In this document: positions 1 to 8,687 of the stretch, in pieces
How positions within the stretch are numbered: position 1 is the stretch's first letter
Layout of the letters: every line of letters begins with the position of its first letter
Origin: a virus
IMG/VR virus record: IMGVR_UViG_3300045391_004297
Coordinates: 13,037-77,036 of that record
Length of the DNA stretch: 64,000 nt
Strand: one strand, 5' to 3'
Program-made: the position numbers and the translations under genes
The notes under the pieces: model-generated
What the model was told of the DNA's origin: nothing
The model's input: only the letters and a program-made list of their open reading frames with translations
Databases searched by the model: none

Positions 1-239
1 CCCTTGCGCTCTTTGATCTTGCCTCCTTCCTTTCAAGACCAACTTTACTCCCCCCTTGGGAGTCGGACTTTTCCGTAATGTCCGGATTTATCCTCTTTTA
101 GTAGGGCAAAATTTGTCCCCCTAAATGGCCCTATGTCCGGATAAAGGGGGGTAAAATAGGACATTCTGGGCAGGCTGGGGTTGGCACAAGATCGGGACTA
201 TGGGGTACATCCCCCTATACGGGCCTATATCGGACATAT

Positions 240-306
240 GGTATATGTGGTGTATAGGGTATATAGGGCATATATGGTACATATGTGGACATAGGGTATA
301 TGTGGT
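240..306. repeat. degenerate 9-bp tandem repeat GGY-RTATRK
   Basis: GGT/GGC at 240,249,258,267,276 separated by ATATGT,GTATAG,ATATAG,ATATAT, then phase slips; AT-rich non-coding end region. Confidence 0.75.
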
Positions 307-324
307 ATGTATGCACATACATAG

Positions 325-380
325 TATGTATGCACATATGTACTACATATGTGCATACATAGTACATATGCGCGCATATG
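325..380. repeat. perfect palindromes (18-bp arms with 1-nt centre; 16-bp palindrome)
   Basis: TATGTATGCACATATGTA-C-TACATATGTGCATACATA at 325-361; CATATGCGCGCATATG at 365-380. Confidence 0.9.
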
Positions 381-524
381 GTACAAAATCGCATAAATCC
401 CCCATATGGGGGTATAGCGGGACAAATCGGACATAGGGGGTATAGGGGGAAGAACTATATTATGTCCGGATTTAGTTGATTTGTTCCACGACGTCTCTGA
501 CTCACATTTGGGTGAAATTGAAGG

Positions 525-647
525 TGTCGATTTTCGTCACTCAAGAAAAGCAAAATATCAGATGTCGATTTTCGTCATAATGAGATCGCCCCGTGAGCGG
601 TGACGAGAGTCGTCAGGCTTGACAAAGATTGTGTGCTTCGCTATGGG
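525..647 (+). promoter_or_regulatory. 15-bp direct repeat pair plus possible promoter upstream of small terminase
   Basis: TGTCGATTTTCGTCA at 525-539 and 563-577; TTGACA at 619-624 with weak -10 (TATGGG) 17 nt downstream. Confidence 0.4.
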
Positions 648-678
648 GCATTAGGATGGTGTCGAGGAGGTGCATCTC

Positions 679-1011
679 ATGCCATCTGAGGAAGAGTGGG
701 AAGCGTGGGTTCCGCGTAAGGCGATCGAGGAGTTGACCGTTCGTCGAGCGCTTGCCGATATTGAAGACCCGGTGCGCATTGCCAATCAGTTGCTCAAGGA
801 AACGTTGCCGATCGCGGTAATGGGCATGACGCACATGGCGATTCATGAACCCAACGCTGCGCTGCGTTTTCAAGCGCAGAAGTACGTTATTGACCGTTCG
901 ATGGGCACCACGAATAATCCGACTGCCCGGCCTACCGATGACCGCCCGGCTTGGGAGAAAATTTTCGACAGCGTTGCTGTGGCGGCCGATGAGGTCGCTG
1001 AACACGAGTAG
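679..1011 (+). CDS. probable terminase small subunit
   Basis: GAGGAGG RBS before ATG 679; helical protein with R.QA.KY.IDR..G segment typical of TerS; first gene of packaging region. Confidence 0.55.
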   Translation: MPSEEEWEAWVPRKAIEELTVRRALADIEDPVRIANQLLKETLPIAVMGMTHMAIHEPNAALRFQAQKYVIDRSMGTTNNPTARPTDDRPAWEKIFDSVAVAADEVAEHE

Positions 1012-1170
1012 CCCGCTGTAGCTCATGCGAGCCCGCTGTGGGTTCCCCGAAGGGGAGGGTGGACATTCCCGACAGGGTGTCGTGTTTTTGGTGCTGAGCT
1101 GGTAGGATGTCGATATTCGACACTCTGCCACATCCTGGTCAATATTGCATGGTGGAGAGGACGTGAAAAA

Positions 1171-1686
1171 ATGCCCAATAGTCGCAATGCTCGGCGTCAG
1201 GACACGGTGATTTACCGCAATGCCGTTGGCCAGACATTCGCGTTGCCGGTTTTGCAAGACACCAAGGCTGCTTCAACTGCGCCTGCCACAAGTACTTCCA
1301 CGACTGGTGGTACGTTGGCGGCTGGTACGTATTCGTACCGGATTGCTTGGTTGTACGGTACGTTGGTTTCTGCGCCAAGTCCGGCAAAAACACAAGTGAC
1401 CACTGGTGCTACGTCGACTGTGACGGTTGATGTGACTGGTCTTGCTCCAGCGGGTGCTACGCAGTGGCGAGTTTATGGTCGTACGTCGGGTTCTGAGTTG
1501 TTGATGGGTACCCAAAACCTTCCTGGTACGTTGACTTTTGTTGATGATGGTTCAGGTACACCAAGCGGGGCGCTGCCGACAGATACCGGGAATGTGAATT
1601 TGAACGGTTTTTCCGCGCCGAATCTGACCAATGTGGCCCGTCTGACGACAATGCGGGGCACCACACCGGGCTATTTTAACCGGTAA
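1171..1686 (+). CDS. virion accessory protein with FN3/Ig-like domain
   Basis: GGTLAAGTYSYR...TGATSTVTV...ATQWRVYGRT resembles the N-terminal domain of the tail tube (14118). Confidence 0.65.
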   Translation: MPNSRNARRQDTVIYRNAVGQTFALPVLQDTKAASTAPATSTSTTGGTLAAGTYSYRIAWLYGTLVSAPSPAKTQVTTGATSTVTVDVTGLAPAGATQWRVYGRTSGSELLMGTQNLPGTLTFVDDGSGTPSGALPTDTGNVNLNGFSAPNLTNVARLTTMRGTTPGYFNR

Positions 1687-1692
1687 AACTCC

Positions 1693-2130
1693 TGACTCTC
1701 CTAAACGTCCCGCCTTTTTGACTTTCCTGTCCGATTACTGGTCTACCGCTACGTCTGACTATGCTCCCCACAACGACGCCCGACGTACCTCCACCTGACA
1801 CAACCTGACTTTCCAAACCGCACCATCCGATTTCTGACTGGAGCCAACCTACACCTTCCAAATTACTGACCGAGCAAACCGCGACATGACGCGTCGTGGC
1901 TGACTTGCCATGTTCTCACCAGAACCCACCGTCACCGACGACCCACCCGAACTTCACTGGCCTTACAAACTGACCATCCTGTACGACTTCCAAACCAAAA
2001 ACCGACGGACCCGTACACCGCCACACTTTTCCGACATGACCACGAAACCCTAGACAAGGCGTGTCATGACGCACCTCCCGCCCCTCTCACGTTCGACAAA
2101 GCTCCCCACGCCACACACTCACCATCTCAG
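1693..2130 (+). repeat. periodic non-coding array 1 (GAC-anchored units, C every 5th nt)
   Basis: C at every 5th base 1759-1824 (14 in a row), 1870-1900 (7), 2006-2031 (6), 2050-2075 (6); recurrent TGAC; G-poor + strand. Confidence 0.8.
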
Positions 2131-2211
2131 GTGACAAGTGCTTGCGGCGCCGAGGCGTAAAGTCCAAGATCATTTCCTTCCCACCAACCACAATTTCCCA
2201 AAGGATGTGAC

Positions 2212-2493
2212 ATGCTCCCGGTGTGGGACTTGCGAAATAGGTTCACCCTGCATCAGACGAGTGCCGAAAATGCGCAAAAGCGGGAATTGATTCGTAGTAT
2301 TGCGCATTCTTACGCTACAGTGATCAATGAGACTGTCCCGGATTGTCGGGAAAAGAACCTCGCGATCACGAAGTTGGAGGAAGTGGTGTTCTGGGCGAAC
2401 GCCGCACTTGCTCGGTACGACGCCGCGAAAAACGAAGATCAAGCCTGGCAGCATAAAGAAGAGCCGAAGCCAACGCAGAACAGGACGATGTGA
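2212..2493 (+). CDS. Acb2/Tad1-family anti-defence sponge protein
   Basis: RFTLH...IR..A...I....P.CREKNLAITKLEEVVFWANAALAR matches the Acb2/Tad1-type signature as recalled. Confidence 0.75.
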   Translation: MLPVWDLRNRFTLHQTSAENAQKRELIRSIAHSYATVINETVPDCREKNLAITKLEEVVFWANAALARYDAAKNEDQAWQHKEEPKPTQNRTM

Positions 2494-2587
2494 TGAAGAT
2501 GAAGACGGTGCTAACTTTCCTAACTTTCATTTGCCAAGAGTGTGCGGATAAGCGGCATGACATGTGTCGGGGCGAAACGTGGTGTGA

Positions 2588-3301
2588 TTGTCAGCATGTC
2601 ACGAAGGGAACGAAGTAGTGGCAACTGATTTGAAGTATGGTCGCATCGAGTTTCCAGATGCGCCATGGTCTACGATCGAGGCGGATGAGCCGGTTTTTGT
2701 GTTTCGGGCTCGGGATAATCTGACCCCGGAAGTGATCAAGTTTTATCGGATGTTGTGCGTGCAGAGTAAGTCTCCGCAGCACCATTTGGATTTGATTGAT
2801 CGTGGGTTGCGGCAGGTGAAGGCTTGGCAGCAGTCGCATGAGGTCAAAGATCCGACGTCCAATGATTGGTTGGCGGCGCAAACGTCAGACCCGGTACATA
2901 ATCCCAATACGGAACCGTTGCAAACCACGAACGACGCCGTGATTACTGATGTTCCGTCGTCAGAGCAACGTGATCGGCTTGATCCGACGCATGAGTGGTA
3001 TCTGACGGAGACAAACCAAGACCAGGCTACGAACGCGGAAACATCCACAAATGAAGAAACGTCAGACGAAGAGGAAAGTTACCTTCCGGGTTCCGACGCG
3101 GCCCATTATGTTCCGCCGAATCCGAACAATCCGCAGTCTATTGATTTCTACGAAGAAGACGAGTCAGCGACAAAGATCCGAAACGATTTTGAAACCGGTG
3201 TGCAAGGCAAGACGCAACGAATCGCACCAGGAGATGCTACCGAAAATCCAACCAACCCAACCTACGTTCAAGATCCACTTGATGGTCTTGAGTCACGATG
3301 A
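2588..3301 (+). CDS. hypothetical protein (DEPVF..RA.D N-terminal domain, acidic disordered tail)
   Basis: 237-aa ORF; start may be the GTG before ATDLKYG. Confidence 0.65.
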   Translation: MSACHEGNEVVATDLKYGRIEFPDAPWSTIEADEPVFVFRARDNLTPEVIKFYRMLCVQSKSPQHHLDLIDRGLRQVKAWQQSHEVKDPTSNDWLAAQTSDPVHNPNTEPLQTTNDAVITDVPSSEQRDRLDPTHEWYLTETNQDQATNAETSTNEETSDEEESYLPGSDAAHYVPPNPNNPQSIDFYEEDESATKIRNDFETGVQGKTQRIAPGDATENPTNPTYVQDPLDGLESR

Positions 3302-3519
3302 GCGTTTATAATCCGACTGGTTCAGGCAATGTCCATATGGACGCATCGATTTCAGGAGGTAAGAAGGTGGCTGCGAAAAAGGCTGCGGTGAAGAAGGCTT
3401 CCGGCAACACCGCGAAGGCGGTCAAGTCCGCCACGAAGACCACGAAGGGTAATGCGGCGAAGTCCACGGCTTCGAAGATGGCGCCGGGGATGAAGACGCA
3501 CGGCGGACCGAACTGCTGA
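3298..3519 (+). CDS. small Lys/Ala-rich protein with capsid-like N-terminus
   Basis: AAKKAAVKKA histone-like tract; MSVYNPTGSGNVHMD resembles MCP start. Confidence 0.7.
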   Translation: MSVYNPTGSGNVHMDASISGGKKVAAKKAAVKKASGNTAKAVKSATKTTKGNAAKSTASKMAPGMKTHGGPNC

Positions 3520-3536
3520 AGAGCGGCATGTACTAA

Positions 3537-3728
3537 ATGTCTGCTTACCGAAAGCGACAAGTCAAAGTCCAAATAGCCTGTGAAAACTGCGAGTTTCCTT
3601 GGATGTGGCAAGAGTTAATATATCAAAATACTCTTGGAAATCCAGGGTGGGTCGAGGGTTTGCGAGATTGTCCACGATGCCGAGGCGTCATTGGATGGAG
3701 TGCTGAAGGAGTGGACATTGGCAAATGA
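3537..3728 (+). CDS. small Zn-ribbon protein
   Basis: CENC and CPRC pairs. Confidence 0.6.
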   Translation: MSAYRKRQVKVQIACENCEFPWMWQELIYQNTLGNPGWVEGLRDCPRCRGVIGWSAEGVDIGK

Positions 3729-4068
3729 CTATTCTGGGTGTCTGCGGGTTATTGCGACATCCGGTACGAACGCGGCGAATAACCTGTCGACTTCCGGCGC
3801 TTTGGCCAAGCCCGCGAAGTTGCGAATGGTGACAGTGGCATATTCGGGTACCGCGACTGGTTCGGTGACGGTAACCCTGACCTCTGGAGCTGGCGCAGGC
3901 TACAGTGTGGTGCTCAATACCATCACGTTGGCCAATAACCAGGGGGTGTACATTCCTGCCACACCTATACCGATCAACGCGGATGACTCGATTTTGGTGG
4001 CGGCTCCGGCTGTCGCTAGCGTCACATCTTCGGTGGCCATTTACCTAGACCGTTCCGTGATGGACTAG
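3718..4068 (+). CDS. putative virion beta-strand protein
   Basis: in-frame TTG after AAGGAG; Thr/Ala/Gly-rich. Confidence 0.55.
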   Translation: MANDYSGCLRVIATSGTNAANNLSTSGALAKPAKLRMVTVAYSGTATGSVTVTLTSGAGAGYSVVLNTITLANNQGVYIPATPIPINADDSILVAAPAVASVTSSVAIYLDRSVMD

Positions 4069-4069
4069 G

Positions 4070-4336
4070 GTGTCGACCGCCCGGAAGCTCAAGGTTTTCA
4101 ACTTCTGGGCGACAATTGTTTGGTTAGTGCTGTGCCTGCCAAGTATGTTGTGGTGGAAGAACTCAATTGCTTGGGTCATTCTGATCTCGTTGTGGGCCAA
4201 CGTGATTGGGCATTTCACCGCGTATATTGCGGCCAGAGGCGAGGAATCACAGCAAAAAGGGCACAATCTCACAGAAGCAGATAGGGCTTGGATTAGCGCC
4301 CAATTAGCGCTGACAAGACCAATTACTGATGATTAA
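4070..4336 (+). CDS. membrane protein
   Basis: two hydrophobic helices. Confidence 0.6.
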   Translation: MSTARKLKVFNFWATIVWLVLCLPSMLWWKNSIAWVILISLWANVIGHFTAYIAARGEESQQKGHNLTEADRAWISAQLALTRPITDD

Positions 4337-4386
4337 CCTCCACATTCCACGATAACCTTCAAGTTCTTCTCGAAAGAGGATTCATC

Positions 4387-4635
4387 ATGGCGTTGTATTG
4401 GGAAGTAAGCTTCCGGGTTTCTGCTGGGCAGGATCGATTGACCCGGTACGGTGAGGTCAAGCAGGCCCATCCGGTCCCGCAAGAATGTGTTGATGATGAG
4501 GCTCAGGCACATCAACAAATTGAAGACCAGATCGCTACCGATGGTGAGCCGACCAAGCCATACGCGATTTACACCCAAGGCTGGCGCGATGGGGTAGCTT
4601 TCGGATTCAATGCTCGTATCGATCCCAACGCCTGA
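4387..4635 (+). CDS. hypothetical protein
   Basis: GAGGA RBS, 82 aa. Confidence 0.55.
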   Translation: MALYWEVSFRVSAGQDRLTRYGEVKQAHPVPQECVDDEAQAHQQIEDQIATDGEPTKPYAIYTQGWRDGVAFGFNARIDPNA

Positions 4636-4850
4636 CTGTCCTGCACTGCTGTTCCCTCGATCCAAACTGCCCGATCCTTGCGACTATCCTCCCCAATTTC
4701 CGTCCTCACTGACTAAACTCCGCCACCCGTCCCACTTCGATTGACTATCCTTGGCATACCCTTCCACATCAACAACTTGACTATCCTTCGCAGTCCCGCC
4801 CACCGCGACTATACTTTTCCCCCCGCATCTTTCCAACCCAACACGACACG
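4634..4850 (+). repeat. periodic non-coding array 2
   Basis: units start GACT at 4634,4682,4711,4743,4779,4807; 5-nt C runs 4713-4738, 4745-4770, 4781-4806, 4809-4849. Confidence 0.85.
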
Positions 4851-4868
4851 TTCACCAGGGAGGAAAAT

Positions 4869-6395
4869 ATGGCCGCGCATCAACCCACACCGGGCGATGA
4901 AGAAGACAGCGAGCCGGAAGGTACGCCCACCCCAGAGGGTATGGAGACGCAGGCTGTTCGGGCCAAAAAACTGGAGCGGTTGTACAACATTGACAAGTTT
5001 CGGTACTTTGACCTGATTGGTTATAAGCCGCACCCGAAGCAGTTGTTGTTTCACCGGTCCACGGCGCGCTTCAAGATCCCGATTTGTGGGCGTCGATTCG
5101 GCAAATCCCAGATGGCGGCCAAAGAGTACGAGCCGTTGCTGCTGATTCCGAATCGACGATATTGGATTGTCGGGCCGACCTATGACCTGGGCGAAAAAGA
5201 GTTCCGGATTATCTGGAACGACATGATCATCAAGCTTGGCCTTGGCAAGGAAAAAGATGTCAAGCGGTCATATGCTAAGAAGCAGGGCGATCTATCCATC
5301 GAGTTTCCCTGGCGTACTCGTATTGAGGTTCGTTCGGCAGATCGACCGGAGAATCTGGTCGGCGAGGGTCTTCATGGCGTCATCATGTCCGAGGCCGCTA
5401 AGCACACCCAGGACACTTGGGATCGCTTTATCCGGCCATCCCTCACTGACTACCGTGGTTCGGCGATTTTCCCAACGACACCGGAAGGCCAGAACTGGAT
5501 CTACAACCTGTGGAAGATGGGTCGTGATCCGCAAGAGCCGGAGTTTGAGTCCTGGCAGTTCCCGAGTTGGGAAAACCCGTACGTCTACCCCAAGGGAAAG
5601 CTCGACCCGGAAATCCTGCTGACCATGCGCACCACTCCGAAAGAAGAGTTCCTTCAGGAGTATGCGGCGGACTTCACCTCATTTGCCGGTAAGGTGTATG
5701 GCGAGTGGGACGAAGCGGTGCACGTGCAAGAGGTCAAGTACAATCCGCTGCTGCCCAACTACATCGCTTTTGACTGGGGTTGGGCTGCCCCGATGGCCGC
5801 TGTGGAGTTTCAAATTGACAGCTTTGGTCGGTGCCGGGTGTGGCGGGAGCACTACAAAACACACACGCGGTTGAAGGACTTTCTCAACGAATTGAAAAGC
5901 CGGCCACAGCCGCCGGATTACCATTTGAATTTGACCTTTGGCGACGCTGCCGATCCTGAGGCTGTCGTTTCTGTCTCGGAAGACTTCGCGCCCTGTGTGG
6001 GCGACCCTCGCTCCAAGACCGGCACCCAGGGTGGGTCGTTGGAGTCTGGTAAGCGCGAAGGTATCGAGCTGGTCAAGGGTCTGCTAATGTTGCAGCAGGT
6101 CGATGAGGATGAGTTCGGCACGCCGATCGAGATGCCCTGGTTGACCGTGGATCATTCGTGTTACAACCTAATCCGGGAGTTCAATAATTACCGCAACCAA
6201 GACCCGGTGCGTGGGCAAGACCCACGAGAGCAAACCTTCAAAAAGGATGATCACGCCCTGGATGCGCTGCGTTACGGGTTGATGCATGTGCTGAAGCTCG
6301 GCGCCACCATGAGTTTAGGTGATGTGATGGATCTTTCGGATATGCATGACACGCCAGCTTCTGGCTACTTCACCACGAACAAGACCTTTGCTTGA
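4869..6395 (+). CDS. terL: terminase large subunit
   Basis: CGRRFGKS Walker A, GVIMSE Walker B-like, RuvC-like nuclease with FDWG and KKDDHALDALRY. Confidence 0.95.
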   Translation: MAAHQPTPGDEEDSEPEGTPTPEGMETQAVRAKKLERLYNIDKFRYFDLIGYKPHPKQLLFHRSTARFKIPICGRRFGKSQMAAKEYEPLLLIPNRRYWIVGPTYDLGEKEFRIIWNDMIIKLGLGKEKDVKRSYAKKQGDLSIEFPWRTRIEVRSADRPENLVGEGLHGVIMSEAAKHTQDTWDRFIRPSLTDYRGSAIFPTTPEGQNWIYNLWKMGRDPQEPEFESWQFPSWENPYVYPKGKLDPEILLTMRTTPKEEFLQEYAADFTSFAGKVYGEWDEAVHVQEVKYNPLLPNYIAFDWGWAAPMAAVEFQIDSFGRCRVWREHYKTHTRLKDFLNELKSRPQPPDYHLNLTFGDAADPEAVVSVSEDFAPCVGDPRSKTGTQGGSLESGKREGIELVKGLLMLQQVDEDEFGTPIEMPWLTVDHSCYNLIREFNNYRNQDPVRGQDPREQTFKKDDHALDALRYGLMHVLKLGATMSLGDVMDLSDMHDTPASGYFTTNKTFA

Positions 6396-6580
6396 CTACC
6401 CCCTACACAACAACACCTTGCTTGACTATCCCACGCACGCCAGGACTGACTTCTCTGACTATCCGCGTCCCGCTCGCCCAGTTTCGCCGCTACTCTGCCG
6501 ACACACCTAGCCCACTGCATAACACACCAAAGCAACCGACTGCCCGCCTCCCTAGCCTCCCTAGCCTCCCTCGCCGTAAG
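6394..6580 (+). repeat. periodic non-coding array 3
   Basis: CTTGACTA at 6391 and 6421; C every 5th base 6396-6446 (11 in a row); GCCTCCCTA x~3 at the end. Confidence 0.8.
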
Positions 6581-6588
6581 GGAAAATA

Positions 6589-6771
6589 TTGACCAGCCGT
6601 GCCGAACATCTGGCAGCCGCGTGTGGGGTCCTGTTCACCACAGCGGTGCTGGCGTATGTCACGAAAAAGTATCTACTCGATGTGCACCCATTACCCAGCA
6701 AACTTGTGTATTTGGCAAAATCGTGCAGACACTGGGTTGACTTAGGGGGTGTCGAGTATGACGACGATTGA
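6589..6771 (+). CDS. small membrane protein
   Basis: TTG start after AAGGGA, one hydrophobic helix; overlaps portal start. Confidence 0.4.
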   Translation: MTSRAEHLAAACGVLFTTAVLAYVTKKYLLDVHPLPSKLVYLAKSCRHWVDLGGVEYDDD

Positions 6772-8446
6772 GACCAGCGACGGGAAAATTGCTGATCTTG
6801 AGGCGTATGCGGCGCAGCGGCAGATGTCGCTGCAAGAGGCAGTTTCGGGCAAGTACCAGATTGTGGCGGCCAACCACGATCCGGCCAACGGTTCGTACGT
6901 CATCTTGGCCGACCAGTCGCAGAACATTGAGCCCGGGTTTGCCACTCGGGAGCTTGGTTATTCTTCGCCGAGTCCGTGGACGGCTTGGACCCGTGATGAG
7001 CGGGTGCCGGAGCTTCGGGACAAGATTGGCTTGCGCACCTACTACGACATGAAGCGGGCCGATGGCACGATTCGTGGGGCGTTGCGCTTGCTCAAAACGC
7101 CGATTCAGGCGGCTCGGTGGTTTGTTGAGCCCTACGATGACACCGCGCTGAACAAGTCCATCGCCGAGTTTGTCGAAGAGAACCTGTTTTTGTACCTGTC
7201 TACGCCATGGTCGCAGGTGGTCGAAGACGCGCTGTTGATGTGCGACTACGGGTACATGGCCTTTGAGAAGGTGTGGACCGAGCCTGGCTCAGATGCCGAT
7301 AAGGTCAAAGACGGCAAGCTTCGGTTGGGTAAGTTGGCTGCTCGCCACCCGATGGACATTCGGGAGTGGGTGTGGGACGAAAACGGTGGCCCGGATGGGT
7401 TCATCATGGAAAATATTTCCATCCAAGGTACCGGGAACATGCCCGGTCCGGCGTTGTCGAGCTTCGGCATCCCGAACGCAGCGGTCACCGGCAACTACAA
7501 CCAGTTCAACAACCCGACGTTTGACCCCAAAACGGTGACGATTCCGATCACCAAGGCGATCGTGTTCACCTTGGAGAAGGAAGCCGGGGATCTGCGCGGG
7601 GTGTCGATTTTGCGCAGTGCCTACAAGCACTACTACTACAAAGACACCATGTACAAAATCGACGCGATCCAAAAAGAGCGCCACGGTATTGGCGTGCCGA
7701 TCATTAAGATGCCGTTGGGTTTTTCCACCGATGATCGGGCACTGGCCGAGAACTTGGGGCGTAACCTGCGCACCAACGAACGGGCGCACATTGTCGTGCC
7801 GATGAACTGGGAAGTGGCCTTTGCCAAGTTGGAAGGTCAGCCGGTGGATTGTTTGAAATCCATCGAACACCACGACATGAAGATCAAGTCCAACATTCTG
7901 GCCCCGTTCATGGATGAGTCCAACGTGAACCCGGATTCCCTGGACGTGTACTACAAGGCGACCCGCTACATTGCTAACACGTTGTGCGACACCGTCAACA
8001 AGTACCTGATTCCGCAGTTGGTCGGGATGAACTTCGCTCGGGGCAAAAACCCGTGTCTTCGGGTGCGTCGCATTGGTGAAGAAGAGTCGTTGCGCACGTT
8101 GTCGTTTGCTTTCCGCAACTTTGTTGGTGCCGGGGCTATTCGTCCGGATGACCCGTTGGAGAAGTTCCTGCGTTCTGAGCTGGACTTGCCGCCTGCTGAC
8201 CCGGACACGGCTCGGATGCCACTTCCACCCGGTGGTGGGCAAGACCCGAACGCCATGCCTGCCGATGGTGGGGACAGTCAGCACCAGCAAAATACCCAAA
8301 CCAAAAAGAAGCCCGAACCGCAAGTCGTTGTCGATGGCGTGCCACATGCTCCACAGCCGTCTCGGGTTGGTCCGCCTCGACAGGCGAATACGCCACCGGT
8401 ACACACCGGCAAGAGCAACTCAAGCCGCGATAACTCCGGAGGTTAA
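6749..8446 (+). CDS. portal protein (DUF935/Mu gp29-like)
   Basis: follows TerL; GYMAFEKVW, G.SILRSAY.HYYYK, ERHGIGVP motifs. Confidence 0.9.
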   Translation: MSSMTTIETSDGKIADLEAYAAQRQMSLQEAVSGKYQIVAANHDPANGSYVILADQSQNIEPGFATRELGYSSPSPWTAWTRDERVPELRDKIGLRTYYDMKRADGTIRGALRLLKTPIQAARWFVEPYDDTALNKSIAEFVEENLFLYLSTPWSQVVEDALLMCDYGYMAFEKVWTEPGSDADKVKDGKLRLGKLAARHPMDIREWVWDENGGPDGFIMENISIQGTGNMPGPALSSFGIPNAAVTGNYNQFNNPTFDPKTVTIPITKAIVFTLEKEAGDLRGVSILRSAYKHYYYKDTMYKIDAIQKERHGIGVPIIKMPLGFSTDDRALAENLGRNLRTNERAHIVVPMNWEVAFAKLEGQPVDCLKSIEHHDMKIKSNILAPFMDESNVNPDSLDVYYKATRYIANTLCDTVNKYLIPQLVGMNFARGKNPCLRVRRIGEEESLRTLSFAFRNFVGAGAIRPDDPLEKFLRSELDLPPADPDTARMPLPPGGGQDPNAMPADGGDSQHQQNTQTKKKPEPQVVVDGVPHAPQPSRVGPPRQANTPPVHTGKSNSSRDNSGG

Positions 8447-8447
8447 G

Positions 8448-8687
8448 ATGGCAGAGGATCGGCCCCGCAAACCGTATCGTAAAGAGCGGGTTGTTTCGAT
8501 TCGGTTCAGCGAAGACGAACTACGCGGTTTGCGGGAACGGGCCGACAAAGCCCATATGAGCCTGTCGGATTACATCCGAACCCGAATGAACTACGATCCG
8601 TTGATGTACCGTACTTTTGTGCCCGCCCAATCCAACACCTACACGATTGGCACTTCTTCGGTTACCTCAACGTTCATTTACCAATGA
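8448..8687 (+). CDS. ribbon-helix-helix (MobC-like) DNA-binding protein
   Basis: VSIRFSEDEL..LRERA.KAHMSLSDYIR. Confidence 0.75.
   Translation: MAEDRPRKPYRKERVVSIRFSEDELRGLRERADKAHMSLSDYIRTRMNYDPLMYRTFVPAQSNTYTIGTSSVTSTFIYQ

Noticed and set aside
121-436. Short Tyr/His/Ile-rich ORFs at the left end
   Set aside because: Translations of the low-complexity ATAT repeat
4741-5016. Pro/Thr-rich ORFs over the periodic blocks (also 6392-6592, 1676-1861)
   Set aside because: No RBS, and composition follows from C-richness; a 5-nt period is not expected from a coding triplet structure
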